Assembly (NCBI RefSeq): GCF_053078305.1
Contig: NZ_CP166879.1
Length of the DNA: 64,000 nt
Strand: one strand, 5' to 3'
Shown: piece by piece, positions 1 through 9,373 of the stretch
Position numbering within the stretch: position 1 is the first letter of the stretch
How the letters are laid out: the number at the start of each line of letters is the position of its first letter
Program-made: the position numbers and the translations under genes
The notes under the pieces: generated by a model
The model's database searches: none
What the model was told of the DNA's origin: nothing
What the model saw: only the letters and a program-made list of their open reading frames with translations

Positions 1-260
1 ATGGTTTCAACCATGTACCGGATGTGTTCTGCCATGCGCTCCTGAAACTCAACATCGTCATCAAACGCACGGGTAATGGCTTTTTTGCTGGCCCCGTGGC
101 GTTGCAAATGATCGATGCATAGCGATTCAAACAGGTGCTGGGGCAGGCCTTTTTCCATGTCGTCTGCCAGTTCTGCCTCTTTCTCTTCACGGGCGATCTG
201 CTGGTAGTGACGCGCCCAGCTCTGAGCCTCAAGACGATCCTGAATGTAATAAGCGTTCAT
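1..260 (-). CDS. gam: Host-nuclease inhibitor Gam (GamS form), 5' part only; gene continues beyond window start
   Basis: Minus-strand ATG at 260; translated N-terminus [34 protein letters not shown]... matches lambda GamS as recalled. Open-ended ORF, not in the supplied ORF track. Confidence 0.8.
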   Translation of the reverse strand, partial: MNAYYIQDRLEAQSWARHYQQIAREEKEAELADDMEKGLPQHLFESLCIDHLQRHGASKKAITRAFDDDVEFQERMAEHIRYMVET

Positions 261-335
261 GGCTGAACTCCTGAAAATGGCTGTGAAAAAATCGCCCGCG
301 GAATGCCAGGCTGATTCGGAAAACAGGAAAGGGGA

Positions 336-626
336 TTAGTGATTCAGACCGTTGCCGCGTCCGTCGAGAAAAACTTCCACGAGCAAGTCACGGGTATAAG
401 TGCGCTCAATGCCGCGATGCAGATAAAGTCGTCCGCGTAAATTAGCTGATGCAGTCCAGGTACCATCTTTGCGTTTGACCAGCATTCCTGGCATGACCGC
501 ACCGCGATTAACGGTCTGCGTTCCGTAATGTTGATGAACCATAAAAACTCCTGCCCGTAAGCTGGGCTGCTGAACATATAAAGACTTCTGCGCGTATTCA
601 GGCGGTGGATGGCCGCCGGTTGTCAT
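336..626 (-). CDS. Hypothetical early-left (pL-side) protein
   Basis: 96-aa ORF between gam and the OL-like operator region; coding-like composition; no family recognised. Confidence 0.3.
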   Translation of the reverse strand: MTTGGHPPPEYAQKSLYVQQPSLRAGVFMVHQHYGTQTVNRGAVMPGMLVKRKDGTWTASANLRGRLYLHRGIERTYTRDLLVEVFLDGRGNGLNH

Positions 627-823
627 AACTAAGCCGCCTCGTTGAAGCGACTAAGGTATGAAATGTTGAGTTGATTTCAGCTGGTCACACCGACGTTCAC
701 GCGTCCGTTTCATCCCTCGCACTCCCCGAAGCCTGCTGAAATTCAAGCTGCGGATCTAAGCGGTCATCGCAACGGTGAATCAGGTGGTTGCCGTATCGTT
801 GTGTTGTTGCGATATGGTGATAA

Positions 824-863
824 TAGCTATTGCTATTGGTAATATCAATACTTATTGCTATTA
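824..863. promoter_or_regulatory. Putative OL operator cluster (GCTATTGCTAT-type repeats)
   Basis: Motif tagctattgctattggtaatatcaatacttattgctatta closely mirrors the cI-cro intergenic motif at 3496-3529. Confidence 0.4.
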
Positions 864-986
864 GTTGATGTGTTTTGATATTAAATGTTTGATAGCAAAA
901 AGAATTAATTTTGTGACTTGCATCGCATAGCGATAACTGAAGTGAGGTCGTGGTGGTTTTTTGAACGGTGTGTGATGAGGGGAGGG

Positions 987-1012
987 CAAAAGAAAACCCG
1001 GCAAGGCCGGGT
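987..1012 (-). terminator. Intrinsic terminator downstream of the 1047-2623 operon
   Basis: On the minus strand: CCCGGC-ctt-GCCGGG hairpin followed by ttttcttttg. Confidence 0.45.
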
Positions 1013-1046
1013 TGTTGATAAGGTATGTCACATACAATAATAAATT

Positions 1047-1889
1047 TTAGACTTGAGGAAGTATTTTTTTTGCAAAATCAATAGTTTCTTTGTGGCTGGA
1101 TGCAGGTATATGATTTATTTTCTTAGCATCCATAGTTCTCTTTATGATGTCAATAACTTTGCTTTGGCCTGAGTTTGGTGATTCAGGGGTTTCAATTGTG
1201 AATAGAATGTCATCAAGTGAAAGCAGGTTTTCTTCTGCTGCTCGAGTTATTCTCATCACCCAAGTATCACTATGCTCCATCATTTTTCCGGGTTCAGTTT
1301 GAGTGAATGCCAGAGGTTTGATGGCACATTGGATCCTGTCGTGCTTCTTGGCGACCAATGGCATTGAGAACTTTGCGAAATACCCATCAATAGTTGCTTG
1401 TTTGAAGACGTTCTTCAATCCATCTATTCTATCGATACTGCGTTTTAGCTCTCTAGCTAGGACATCTTCACGGCGCTCTTTTGTGTAGTCAGCGTGGTTT
1501 ACATATTTATTGTAAATGCGAGCCAACTCTTCTTTCGGGTTTTCACTGAGGATAACTCTCGTAGAGCTGAACTGAAAAATTGATTCTTTTTTGTTTGTAA
1601 AATATCTGAAGAATTGTGCAAGTTGTTGATGTCCAACAATCTGGGTAGCATGCATTTTTGCGAACTGGAGTTCTCTTTGTATTGAGTCTTTTGCTACGGG
1701 AAAAATGCAATCATCATGGAAGAAATTCTTTACACGAGAGTCATTTCGCTTTGTGAGATGGAAGTCAAAGTAATTTTCTTTTGGCGCGCACAGAAGTACG
1801 CCTATGTTTGCGAACTCTTCAGTCTCCGCATAAGGCGCATAGCGAACGATGCTATATAGGCATGGAGTTGTCATTCTATTGCGCTCCAA
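1047..1889 (-). CDS. DUF3037-like protein (tentative); second gene of immunity-region cargo pair
   Basis: 280-aa ORF; N-terminal motif YSIVRYAPYAETEEFANIGV recalled as typical of DUF3037; overlaps the upstream gene by 19 nt (operon). Confidence 0.5.
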   Translation of the reverse strand: MERNRMTTPCLYSIVRYAPYAETEEFANIGVLLCAPKENYFDFHLTKRNDSRVKNFFHDDCIFPVAKDSIQRELQFAKMHATQIVGHQQLAQFFRYFTNKKESIFQFSSTRVILSENPKEELARIYNKYVNHADYTKERREDVLARELKRSIDRIDGLKNVFKQATIDGYFAKFSMPLVAKKHDRIQCAIKPLAFTQTEPGKMMEHSDTWVMRITRAAEENLLSLDDILFTIETPESPNSGQSKVIDIIKRTMDAKKINHIPASSHKETIDFAKKILPQV

Positions 1890-2623
1890 AATTCATCACA
1901 ATCACCTTTGCCTAGCGTAGTGCAGACAAAAGGTAAAAACTCATCATCTACTATCCACTCCTCTGGAATTTCGTCAAGGATAGCAGGAAGTTTGTGTAAA
2001 CTGTCAACGACCCTCTGGCGGTACTCTACGCGATCCACTAAATCATACTGCCATTTGCGGTTACCCGGGCCGTACACGTGTACAGAAAAATCTTCAGGCC
2101 CAGCATTCTGATCAAATGATAGATTATGGTCAATCAGATAATACTTATCGTTACTGATGTCATAAAGGATATTGACGTTTCCGCCTTTATCAGTAAGCGT
2201 TCTGTCTGCATTTAATATCCACTTATCAAAAGCATAGATTAATTTTTGCTGTTCGACTGGGATGATCATTTCGTTTCTTGACTGCGTAAACGTTAACGCG
2301 ATTGCACCGTCTATGAACAATGAAGCAAAAGCATACCCTGTACAAATTTGTTGCTGCAGATCAGGTGTGTACTCTACAAGTTCCTCTGGTACAAATACGA
2401 TTTTAAAGTCAGGTAAAGGAAGGCCGATATCATTAGCCAGGCACGCCGAAATGAACTCAGCTAAGAGATTTTTCGGGGGCATTGATGGTTTAGATTTCAA
2501 AACATACAACTGCCCATCATCACATTTGCAAAGAAATGGCTGAGTGGAACCTTCATTGATGCGACGTATTACTTCAACGACATTAGGTATTGCACTACTG
2601 CTGCTTGCTTCGCGCTCCATCAC
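1871..2623 (-). CDS. Small kinase-like protein (HipA-like / atypical Ser-Thr kinase fold, tentative)
   Basis: 250-aa ORF; beta3-like QLYVLKSKP with conserved Lys and catalytic-loop-like YYLIDHNLSFDQN; lies directly downstream of cI on the same strand, the position rexAB occupies in lambda. Confidence 0.45.
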   Translation of the reverse strand: MMEREASSSSAIPNVVEVIRRINEGSTQPFLCKCDDGQLYVLKSKPSMPPKNLLAEFISACLANDIGLPLPDFKIVFVPEELVEYTPDLQQQICTGYAFASLFIDGAIALTFTQSRNEMIIPVEQQKLIYAFDKWILNADRTLTDKGGNVNILYDISNDKYYLIDHNLSFDQNAGPEDFSVHVYGPGNRKWQYDLVDRVEYRQRVVDSLHKLPAILDEIPEEWIVDDEFLPFVCTTLGKGDCDEFWSAIE

Positions 2624-2758
2624 TAACCCTTACGTGATTCAAGTCTTCCACCTCATTACTCCGCATCTCAAAGAGCGGTTCTACACAGCGTGTTTAAAGA
2701 AAAACAACAGGCTTCATTGCTGTAGCTGTTTTTCCGTAATGTCACTTTTGGTCTCGTT

Positions 2759-3451
2759 TTAACCATGCTTCCTGTACGTCTGAGGCATGCTCCCGATGAC
2801 CTTACCGAAGATGAATACACGGTTCATCTCGTCTTTCTCGATTGGGTCCCATGGTGAATAGCTCTTGTTGTCAGAGATAACCAGCAGCTTATCCTTCATC
2901 ATTTGAAGGCGCTTAACATGGGCCGTATCGTCGTAAAGGAACGCATAAATCCCGTCGCCGTCGAAAGATTTGATGGCGATATCGACGAACAGCAAGTCAC
3001 CCGGTTCGATCGTTCCTGACATGCTGTCACCGCGTACGTTAATGATGCGGATATTTTCTGCCTTCCTGCCATCGAACATGTGACGAGCATCGTCAAACGA
3101 GTACTCAACCGAGCGTAGGACTTCTACAAACTCACGGTTGATGACACCCGGCCCAGCACTGACTTCTATATCAAGAACGTCAATCTTGAAGTATTTGGAA
3201 TGGTTGACAGTAGGCTTCCCTGATTGTTGACCGTCATTTCTCATCGGGCCTATGCCTGATGAGAGCCACTCTGTTCGAACACCCAATGCATTAGCTATTT
3301 CAACAATTTTTGTTGAGCCGCGCGCGTTGCCGCTTGTCAGTCTCCAGATTGTGGGTTGAGCTACGCCAGACGCCTTTGCAAGAGCGCCTTGAGACATTCC
3401 AGATTGTTCCATCGCTAGGTTTAAGCGATCAGCAAGAGTTTCTTTTTTCAT
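2759..3451 (-). CDS. cI: CI-type prophage repressor (HTH plus LexA-like S24 peptidase domain)
   Basis: N-terminal HTH (MSQGALAKASGVAQPTIWRL), Ala-Gly cleavage site (VSAGPG), GDSM Ser motif and downstream KR Lys. ATG at 3451 preferred over the TTG at 3487 used by the ORF track. Confidence 0.85.
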   Translation of the reverse strand: MKKETLADRLNLAMEQSGMSQGALAKASGVAQPTIWRLTSGNARGSTKIVEIANALGVRTEWLSSGIGPMRNDGQQSGKPTVNHSKYFKIDVLDIEVSAGPGVINREFVEVLRSVEYSFDDARHMFDGRKAENIRIINVRGDSMSGTIEPGDLLFVDIAIKSFDGDGIYAFLYDDTAHVKRLQMMKDKLLVISDNKSYSPWDPIEKDEMNRVFIFGKVIGSMPQTYRKHG

Positions 3452-3495
3452 AAGTTTTAATTTATACGCTTGCGTATTGATGGTCAAAACACGTT

Positions 3496-3529
3496 TTGCT
3501 ATTGCTATGGTTAATACGCATTGCTATTA
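3496..3529. promoter_or_regulatory. Putative OR operator cluster in the divergent cI/cro promoter region
   Basis: ttgctattgctatggttaatacgcattgctatta lies between divergent cI and cro and matches the OL-like motif at 824-863. Confidence 0.45.
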
Positions 3530-3558
3530 TTTATTTGTTGTAATACCAATAGGAATTG

Positions 3559-3789
3559 ATGATGACAAATCAAACCATTCAACTCGCAATCAGTATTACA
3601 GGTAGTCAAAAACGACTGGCAGATCTATGCGGTGTAGCCCAGCCCACTGTTTGGCGTTGGCTACACGGTGGCGGAATTGATGCCCGCTATGTAATGAAAA
3701 TTGTCTCAGCCACTGGTGGAAAGATTAAGCCAGCAGATATTCGTCCCGACCTCGCACCATTGTTTAACGCGAGTAATTCTGCCGCCTAA
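3559..3789 (+). CDS. cro: Cro-like HTH regulator
   Basis: Small HTH protein (RLADLCGVAQPTVWRW) transcribed divergently from cI. Confidence 0.6.
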   Translation: MMTNQTIQLAISITGSQKRLADLCGVAQPTVWRWLHGGGIDARYVMKIVSATGGKIKPADIRPDLAPLFNASNSAA

Positions 3790-3813
3790 TCTGCGGCGTT
3801 AACTGATAAGGCA

Positions 3814-4359
3814 ATGATTATGCAACCACTTACATACCAACAGACTAGCGGATTTAGCCCGACTGCGGTGATAAATCGTTCTCAAACAAAACAGGCGCCA
3901 GGCCACGAAAAAATCCGTGATGCCGTCCGCGCCTGGTCGGCTGCAGATAATCAGGATGTTGTTGCCGCACTCATTGTGAATGAGTATCGGGAGCAGGGCG
4001 GCGGCACCATCGATTTCCCTGATGATGTCAGCCGTGCACGCCAGAAGCTGTTCCGCTTCCTCGATAACAAATTCGATTCTGAAAAATACCGAAATAACGT
4101 GCGTGAACTGACCCCGGCAATTCTGGCGGTACTACCGCTGGAATATCGCGGCCACCTGGTTGTGCAGGATAGCTTCATGGCTCGGCTGGCTGAAATGGAA
4201 AAGGAACTCAGTGAGGCAAAACAGGCTGTCATTCTCAACGCACCACGCCACCAGAAACTGAAGGAGATGAGTGAAGGCATTGTGTCGATGTTTCGTGTGG
4301 ACCCGGATCTGGCTGGTCCACTGATGGCGATGGTCACCACCATGCTGGGGGTAATATGA
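3814..4359 (+). CDS. Hypothetical early regulator in the cII position
   Basis: 181-aa ORF between cro and the replication genes; assignment by position only. Confidence 0.35.
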   Translation: MIMQPLTYQQTSGFSPTAVINRSQTKQAPGHEKIRDAVRAWSAADNQDVVAALIVNEYREQGGGTIDFPDDVSRARQKLFRFLDNKFDSEKYRNNVRELTPAILAVLPLEYRGHLVVQDSFMARLAEMEKELSEAKQAVILNAPRHQKLKEMSEGIVSMFRVDPDLAGPLMAMVTTMLGVI

Positions 4360-4445
4360 CAGGTTCAGAAATGGCGAAAGCCGGTCTGCGCGAACATAAC
4401 CGACTTTCAGGTGCAAATCGTAACACACTCATTGCGGGAGGAATT

Positions 4446-5375
4446 ATGGCAAACACTGCTGAGATATTCAATTTTCCAGTGCCGGATGTGGCACAAAAGG
4501 AGCCGCGCGTGGCAGATCTCGATGATGGTTATACGCGCATTGCAAATGAGTTGCTGGAAGCTGTAATGCTGGCCGGATTAACACAGCACCAGCTTCTGGT
4601 CTTCCTGGCTGTCATGCGCAAAACATATGGCTTTAATAAAAAACTGGATTGGGTGAGCAACGAGCAACTTTCCGAATTGACCGGGATATTGCCGCACAAG
4701 TGTTCTGCTGCAAAAAGCGTTCTGGTAAAGCGTGGGATTCTTATTCAGAGCGGGCGGAATATCGGCATCAATAATGTGGTCAGTGAATGGTCAACATTAC
4801 CCGAATCAGGTAAGAAAAATAAAGTTTACCTGAAAGAGGTAAATTTACCTGAATTAGGTAAGAAAAGTTTACCCAAATCAGGTAAAGGCACTTACCCGAA
4901 TCAGGTAAACACAAAAGACAAACTAACAAAAGACAATATAAAACCTTTTTCGTCCGAGAATTCTGACGAATCCTCTGACCAGCCAGAAAATGCCCTTCCT
5001 GTGGTGAAACCGGATGCTGCGATTCAGAGCGGCAGCAAGTGGGGGACAGCAGAAGACCTGACCGCCGCAGAGTGGATGTTTGACATGGTGAAGACCATCG
5101 CGCCATCAGCCAGAAAACCGAATTTTGCAGGGTGGGCTAACGATATCCGCCTGATGCGTGAACGTGACGGACGTAACCACCGCGACATGTGCGTGCTGTT
5201 CCGCTGGGCATGCCAGGACAACTTCTGGTCCGGTAACGTGCTAAGTCCGGCCAAACTCCGCGACAAGTGGACCCAACTCGAAATCAACCGTAACAAGCAA
5301 CAGGCAGGCGTGACAGCTAGCAAACCAAAACTCGACCTGACAAACACAGACTGGATTTACGGGGTGGATCTATGA
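4446..5375 (+). CDS. O: Replication initiator O-like protein (contains ori iterons)
   Basis: RBS ggagg before ATG 4446 (ORF track starts at 4356); gene contains the iteron array and precedes P; lambdoid architecture. Confidence 0.8.
   Translation: MANTAEIFNFPVPDVAQKEPRVADLDDGYTRIANELLEAVMLAGLTQHQLLVFLAVMRKTYGFNKKLDWVSNEQLSELTGILPHKCSAAKSVLVKRGILIQSGRNIGINNVVSEWSTLPESGKKNKVYLKEVNLPELGKKSLPKSGKGTYPNQVNTKDKLTKDNIKPFSSENSDESSDQPENALPVVKPDAAIQSGSKWGTAEDLTAAEWMFDMVKTIAPSARKPNFAGWANDIRLMRERDGRNHRDMCVLFRWACQDNFWSGNVLSPAKLRDKWTQLEINRNKQQAGVTASKPKLDLTNTDWIYGVDL
4796..4911. repeat. Lambdoid origin of replication: five ~19-bp iterons (TTACCyGAAwyAGGTAA) followed by an AT-rich tract
   Basis: Direct repeats ttacccgaatcaggtaag / tttacctgaaagaggtaaa / tttacctgaattaggtaag / tttacccaaatcaggtaaa / cttacccgaatcaggtaaa inside the O gene. 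Confidence 0.85.
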
Positions 5376-6073
5376 AAAACATCGCCGCACAGATGATTAA
5401 CTTTGACCGTGAGCAGATGCGTCGGATCGCCAACAACATGCCGGAACAGTACGACGAAAAGCCGCAGGTACAGCAGGTAGCGCAGATCATCAATGGTGTG
5501 TTCAGCCAGTTACTGGCAACTTTCCCGGCGAGCCTGGCTAACCGGGACCAGAACGAACTGAACGAAATCCGCCGCCAGTGGGTTCTGGCTTTCCGGGAAA
5601 ACGGGATCACCACAATGGAACAGGTTAACGCAGGAATGCGCGTAGCCCGTCGGCAGAATCGACCATTCCTGCCATCACCCGGGCAGTTTGTTGCCTGGTG
5701 CCGGGAAGAAGCATCCGTTACTGCCGGGCTGCCAAACGCCAGCGAGCTGGTTGATATGGTTTACGAGTATTGCCGGAAGCGTGGCCTGTATCCGGATGCA
5801 GAGTCTTATCCATGGAAATCAAACGCGCACTACTGGTTGGTTACCAACCTGTATCAGAACATGCGGGCCAATGCGTTGACTGACGCGGAATTACGGCGCA
5901 AGGCTGCCGATGAACTGTCCTGTATGACCGTGCGAATTAACCGTGGTGAGGCTATACCTGAACCAGTAAAACAACTTCCTGTCATGGGCGGTAGACCTCT
6001 AAATCGTGCACAGGCTCTGGCGAAGATCGCAGAAATCAAAGCTAAGTTTGGGCTGAAAGGAGCAAGTGTATGA
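5372..6073 (+). CDS. P: Replication protein P (DnaB helicase loader)
   Basis: 233-aa protein near-identical to lambda P as recalled (MKNIAAQMINFDREQMRRIANNMPEQYDEKPQ...). Confidence 0.9.
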   Translation: MKNIAAQMINFDREQMRRIANNMPEQYDEKPQVQQVAQIINGVFSQLLATFPASLANRDQNELNEIRRQWVLAFRENGITTMEQVNAGMRVARRQNRPFLPSPGQFVAWCREEASVTAGLPNASELVDMVYEYCRKRGLYPDAESYPWKSNAHYWLVTNLYQNMRANALTDAELRRKAADELSCMTVRINRGEAIPEPVKQLPVMGGRPLNRAQALAKIAEIKAKFGLKGASV

Positions 6074-6243
6074 CGGGCAAAGAGGCAATTATTCATTATC
6101 TGGAGACGCACAAGAGCTTCTGTGCGCCGGACGTTGTTGCGACAACAGGTGTGACATTAACCAGCATAAATCAGGCTGCGGCAAAAATGGCGCGGGCAGG
6201 AATCCTGGTCATTGATGGTAAGGTCTGGCGAACGTTTGTTTAA
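6070..6243 (+). CDS. ren: Ren-like protein, short (57 aa)
   Basis: MTGKEAIIHYLETHKSFCAPDV... resembles the lambda Ren N-terminus; ATGA overlap with the P stop; below the ORF-track length cutoff. Confidence 0.5.
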   Translation: MTGKEAIIHYLETHKSFCAPDVVATTGVTLTSINQAAAKMARAGILVIDGKVWRTFV

Positions 6244-6389
6244 CGGTTAGCTACTCAGGATGATAGGGCGGGGCAAGTGAGTATGAAGCGGATTTTCAGG
6301 AATGCCGTCAGAGTTTGGAAATAAAGTGGGTTTTCTAGTGGCAAGAGACTTGATAATATTTAGTTCTTTAAATCCAAGGAGATAGGGTT

Positions 6390-6884
6390 ATGAGAAAATT
6401 TATTTTAGCCTTTGTCATAAGTGCCTCGTTTACAGCAAATGCTGGTGTAGAGAAGTTAGGGCCGTGGATAACAAAGTCTGAGATAAATAAAATGACTGAC
6501 CAGACTGACTTTGTGGCTCTTAATTTATCACCAGATTCATATAACAAAGCAGGTACTGATCGTGCAACTTCACTGGTGTTGCGTTGTAGTGATAACAAAA
6601 CAGATGCCTATTTATCATTCAATGATTATATGGGTTCGGACAACCCAAGAATTACAGTGCGGTTAGATGGCGGAAAGCCGGTCAAGAGTGTTTGGGGAGG
6701 TGGGGAAGGCGGTGATTCTGCATTTGCTCCACAACCAATACAATTTATAAAGACCTTGGCTAAGCATAAAAAAGCTATTTTTGGGTTTGAACCTTATGGA
6801 TCAACTATGCAAGTAGTTGAGTTTGACTTGTCTGAGATTGATAAGGTTGTGGAAAAAATTTCACAGTCTTGCAATTGGAAATGA
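6390..6884 (+). CDS. Secreted hypothetical protein (signal peptide), AT-rich moron
   Basis: N-terminal signal peptide MRKFILAFVISASFTANA; low-GC codon usage compared with flanking phage genes. Confidence 0.5.
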   Translation: MRKFILAFVISASFTANAGVEKLGPWITKSEINKMTDQTDFVALNLSPDSYNKAGTDRATSLVLRCSDNKTDAYLSFNDYMGSDNPRITVRLDGGKPVKSVWGGGEGGDSAFAPQPIQFIKTLAKHKKAIFGFEPYGSTMQVVEFDLSEIDKVVEKISQSCNWK

Positions 6885-6904
6885 CAAAAAAATTTCATAT
6901 GAAC

Positions 6905-6930
6905 CCAGTTGGCGCTGGGTTTTTTATTTC
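6905..6930 (+). terminator. Intrinsic terminator after the secreted-protein gene
   Basis: cccag-ttggcg-ctggg hairpin followed by ttttttatttc. Confidence 0.4.
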
Positions 6931-7237
6931 AGTAGCCAATAATGCATTCAAAATCTCTTACTTGAGAAACGGCCTATTTGAGATTTCAGTCGTGGCAGGA
7001 TGATCAGTTGATTCGAGTATTGACGCATTTGCGTCATAATAGATTGCAGTAATTTCATTGCACTACGTGAACTGGTCATGACTCGTCACCGATTTTGTAG
7101 GATGCTTAGAAGGAAAACTATTGAATGCCACTGCAGCAGCACAACAGCTGGAGGTAAAATGAAGAACAAATTGACGGGAATTAGCATAGATACAAATCAA
7201 AGCTCTTAGAGGGCTTTTATTCTATGATAAATGGACT

Positions 7238-7582
7238 TTGTTTGAGAGTGATATTATGAAACCGAAGAAACTAAGAGCTGAGCAGCAGTACCATTTAGAC
7301 CTTGAATTAGTAAAGAAGAAGCCAGCGAACCGCACCGAGGCAAAAGCCCATTTGGCGGCACAATTACGGATTAGCAAGTACAAGACGCAGGCCTCTTCCA
7401 AAATTCGCGTTGGTAGTTTCAAGGGAAGAAAGAAGGTGCATTTTAGCCAGGCGGAAGAAGATGCTAGGAAGGCAATGGCTAAAGCTAATGCAGTTAGGTT
7501 TTCAGAAGGTGAGGTTGAATCCGTTGATACAGAAAGAATATCAGAAAGTAACAAACGCTGGCGCGGGAGAACCGCTGACTAA
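7238..7582 (+). CDS. Basic hypothetical protein (Lys/Arg-rich)
   Basis: 114-aa ORF; probable start at MKPKKL (7256); no family recognised. Confidence 0.35.
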   Translation: MFESDIMKPKKLRAEQQYHLDLELVKKKPANRTEAKAHLAAQLRISKYKTQASSKIRVGSFKGRKKVHFSQAEEDARKAMAKANAVRFSEGEVESVDTERISESNKRWRGRTAD

Positions 7583-7686
7583 TGTCTGATTTAGATATTG
7601 CAGCAAAGCTGTATGAAGAAAACACATTCATGGGCAGATGTGACATTACAGGGAGTTTTAGTTTTCAATTGCTGAAGACATCGAAT

Positions 7687-7710
7687 CATATTCATATTCA
7701 TATTCATATT
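7687..7710. repeat. Hexanucleotide microsatellite (CATATT)x4 in the 5' region of gene 7728-8273
   Basis: Four perfect tandem CATATT units ending 17 nt upstream of the ATG at 7728. Confidence 0.9.
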
Positions 7711-7727
7711 GTTTTGAGGGGTAATTT

Positions 7728-8273
7728 ATGGATGCAGGGATAGCCTCAGTTGTCGCCGCAATTATTGCCGCAGCTGCAGCTGGAGTGGGGCTTGTTATCA
7801 CTAAGGAGAATAAAACATCTGAGTTTCGGCAAGCGTGGATAGATGGTTTAAGGGAAGAGTTAGCCGAATTGATGGAGAACTTTTTACAATTACGCACGAC
7901 TCCGCCTGAGAAGCTCCCTGAGGTGGCTGGAAAAATTTATTTTCTTTCCGCAAAAGTGAAGCTTAGGTTATCCAGTAAAAACTTAACTAATGAAGAGTCT
8001 CAGCTTTTGAAAATCATTGAGGATTACATTTTAAAAATGGATCGCTCATCTAACATTACAGATGTGGTCAGACAGTATTTTGAATATAGTTCCAGTGTTC
8101 TTAAAACTGAGTGGGAGAGAGTGAAGCGAGGCGAGAAAAAATACAGAGTCGCTATCACGGTTTCGTACTCAATATTGGTTTTTTTGGGGCTCTATTTTGC
8201 TTCACGTTTCATTCCAGCGATAAGTGAAAAAATCTTAGAAATTATAGAGTTTTTAAATTATTCGTTGTTCTGA
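7728..8273 (+). CDS. Hypothetical membrane protein (hydrophobic segments near both termini)
   Basis: 181-aa ORF; hydrophobic N-terminal (IASVVAAIIAAAAAGVGLVI) and C-terminal (VAITVSYSILVFLGLYFA) segments; RBS gagggg. Confidence 0.5.
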   Translation: MDAGIASVVAAIIAAAAAGVGLVITKENKTSEFRQAWIDGLREELAELMENFLQLRTTPPEKLPEVAGKIYFLSAKVKLRLSSKNLTNEESQLLKIIEDYILKMDRSSNITDVVRQYFEYSSSVLKTEWERVKRGEKKYRVAITVSYSILVFLGLYFASRFIPAISEKILEIIEFLNYSLF

Positions 8274-8464
8274 TGACAAGCTTTGATTTTCCATAATCAA
8301 CTTGTCATAATTAAGTCACCGGAGCCTGAACAACTCCGGTGACTTCTGCGCTAAACGGGGACGTTTATGCGCACATACAATCCAAACTCTCTTCTCCCTT
8401 CACAGATGCAGAAATGTACCTGCGATTTTTTGCATCCAGCGTTTGACCTCTGCGGAGGTGAATC

Positions 8465-8920
8465 GTGAACCTCCTACAAGATGGCATCAAATTGCATCGC
8501 GGTAACTTCACCGCTATCGGCCAGCAGATCCAGCCTTATCTGGAGAACGGAAAATGCTTTCGCATGGTGCTTAAACCGTGGCGTGAGAAACGCAGTCTTT
8601 CCCAGAATGCACTCAGCCACATGTGGTACAGCGAAATCAGTGAATACCTCATCAGCAGGGGGAAATCGTTCGCTACTTCAGCATGGGTAAAAGATGCTCT
8701 CAAACACACATACCTCGGTTATGAAACCAAGGACCTGGTTGATGTCGTAACCGGCGAAATCACTACTATCCAGTCGTTACGCCATACCTCCGATCTTGAT
8801 ACCGGAGAGATGTATGTCTTCCTGTGTAAGGTTGAAGCCTGGGCGGTGAATATTGGCTGCCACCTGACTATTCCGCAGAGCTGCGAGTTCCAGCTGCTGC
8901 GCGACAAGCAGGAGGCGTAA
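8465..8920 (+). CDS. ybcN: NinB/YbcN-like nin-region protein
   Basis: 151-aa ORF at the head of the DLP12-type order ybcN-ninE-ybcO-rusA-ylcG-Q; contains an S-Q-N motif. Confidence 0.5.
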   Translation: MNLLQDGIKLHRGNFTAIGQQIQPYLENGKCFRMVLKPWREKRSLSQNALSHMWYSEISEYLISRGKSFATSAWVKDALKHTYLGYETKDLVDVVTGEITTIQSLRHTSDLDTGEMYVFLCKVEAWAVNIGCHLTIPQSCEFQLLRDKQEA

Positions 8921-9090
8921 TGGCTACACCGCTTATTCGTGTCATGAACGGACACATCTACAGAGTACCAAATCGTCGTAAGCGTAAACCGGAGCTGAAG
9001 CCTTCCGAAATACCAACACTGCTCGGATATACCGCCAGCCTGGTTGATAAAAAATGGTTGCGACTGGCAGCAAGGAGGAATCATGGCTGA
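8920..9090 (+). CDS. ninE: NinE-like small basic protein
   Basis: 56-aa ORF ([30 protein letters not shown]...); ATG overlaps the preceding stop; below the ORF-track cutoff. Confidence 0.5.
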   Translation: MATPLIRVMNGHIYRVPNRRKRKPELKPSEIPTLLGYTASLVDKKWLRLAARRNHG

Positions 9091-9373
9091 TTTGAGAAAA
9101 GCAGCGCGTGGTCGGGAATGCCAGGTAAGAATCCCTGGCGTATGTAATGGCAACCCTGAAACGTCTGTACTGGCACATATCCGGCTGACTGGATTGTGCG
9201 GCACCGGTACCAAACCGCCAGACCTGATTGCCACCATTGCATGTTCTGCCTGCCACGACGAAATCGACCGCCGCACACATTTTGTCGATGCTGCATATGC
9301 AAAAGAATGCGCGCTGGAAGGTATGGCGAGAACACAGGTTATCTGGCTGAAAGAGGGGGTTATTAAGGCGTGA
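9083..9373 (+). CDS. ybcO: YbcO-like DUF1364 protein (putative nuclease, Cys-rich)
   Basis: [35 protein letters not shown]... matches DLP12 YbcO as recalled; real start is the internal ATG of ORF 9044-9373. Confidence 0.75.
   Translation: MADLRKAARGRECQVRIPGVCNGNPETSVLAHIRLTGLCGTGTKPPDLIATIACSACHDEIDRRTHFVDAAYAKECALEGMARTQVIWLKEGVIKA

Noticed and set aside
261-335. Long (GamL) form of gam extending upstream of ATG 260
   Set aside because: Upstream sequence is out of frame relative to the recalled lambda GamL leader (one extra nt in ccatttt), so only the GamS-type start is annotated.
336-626. Assignment of the 96-aa early-left ORF as N antiterminator or Kil
   Set aside because: No arginine-rich motif and no recognisable similarity to lambda N, Kil or cIII; left as hypothetical.
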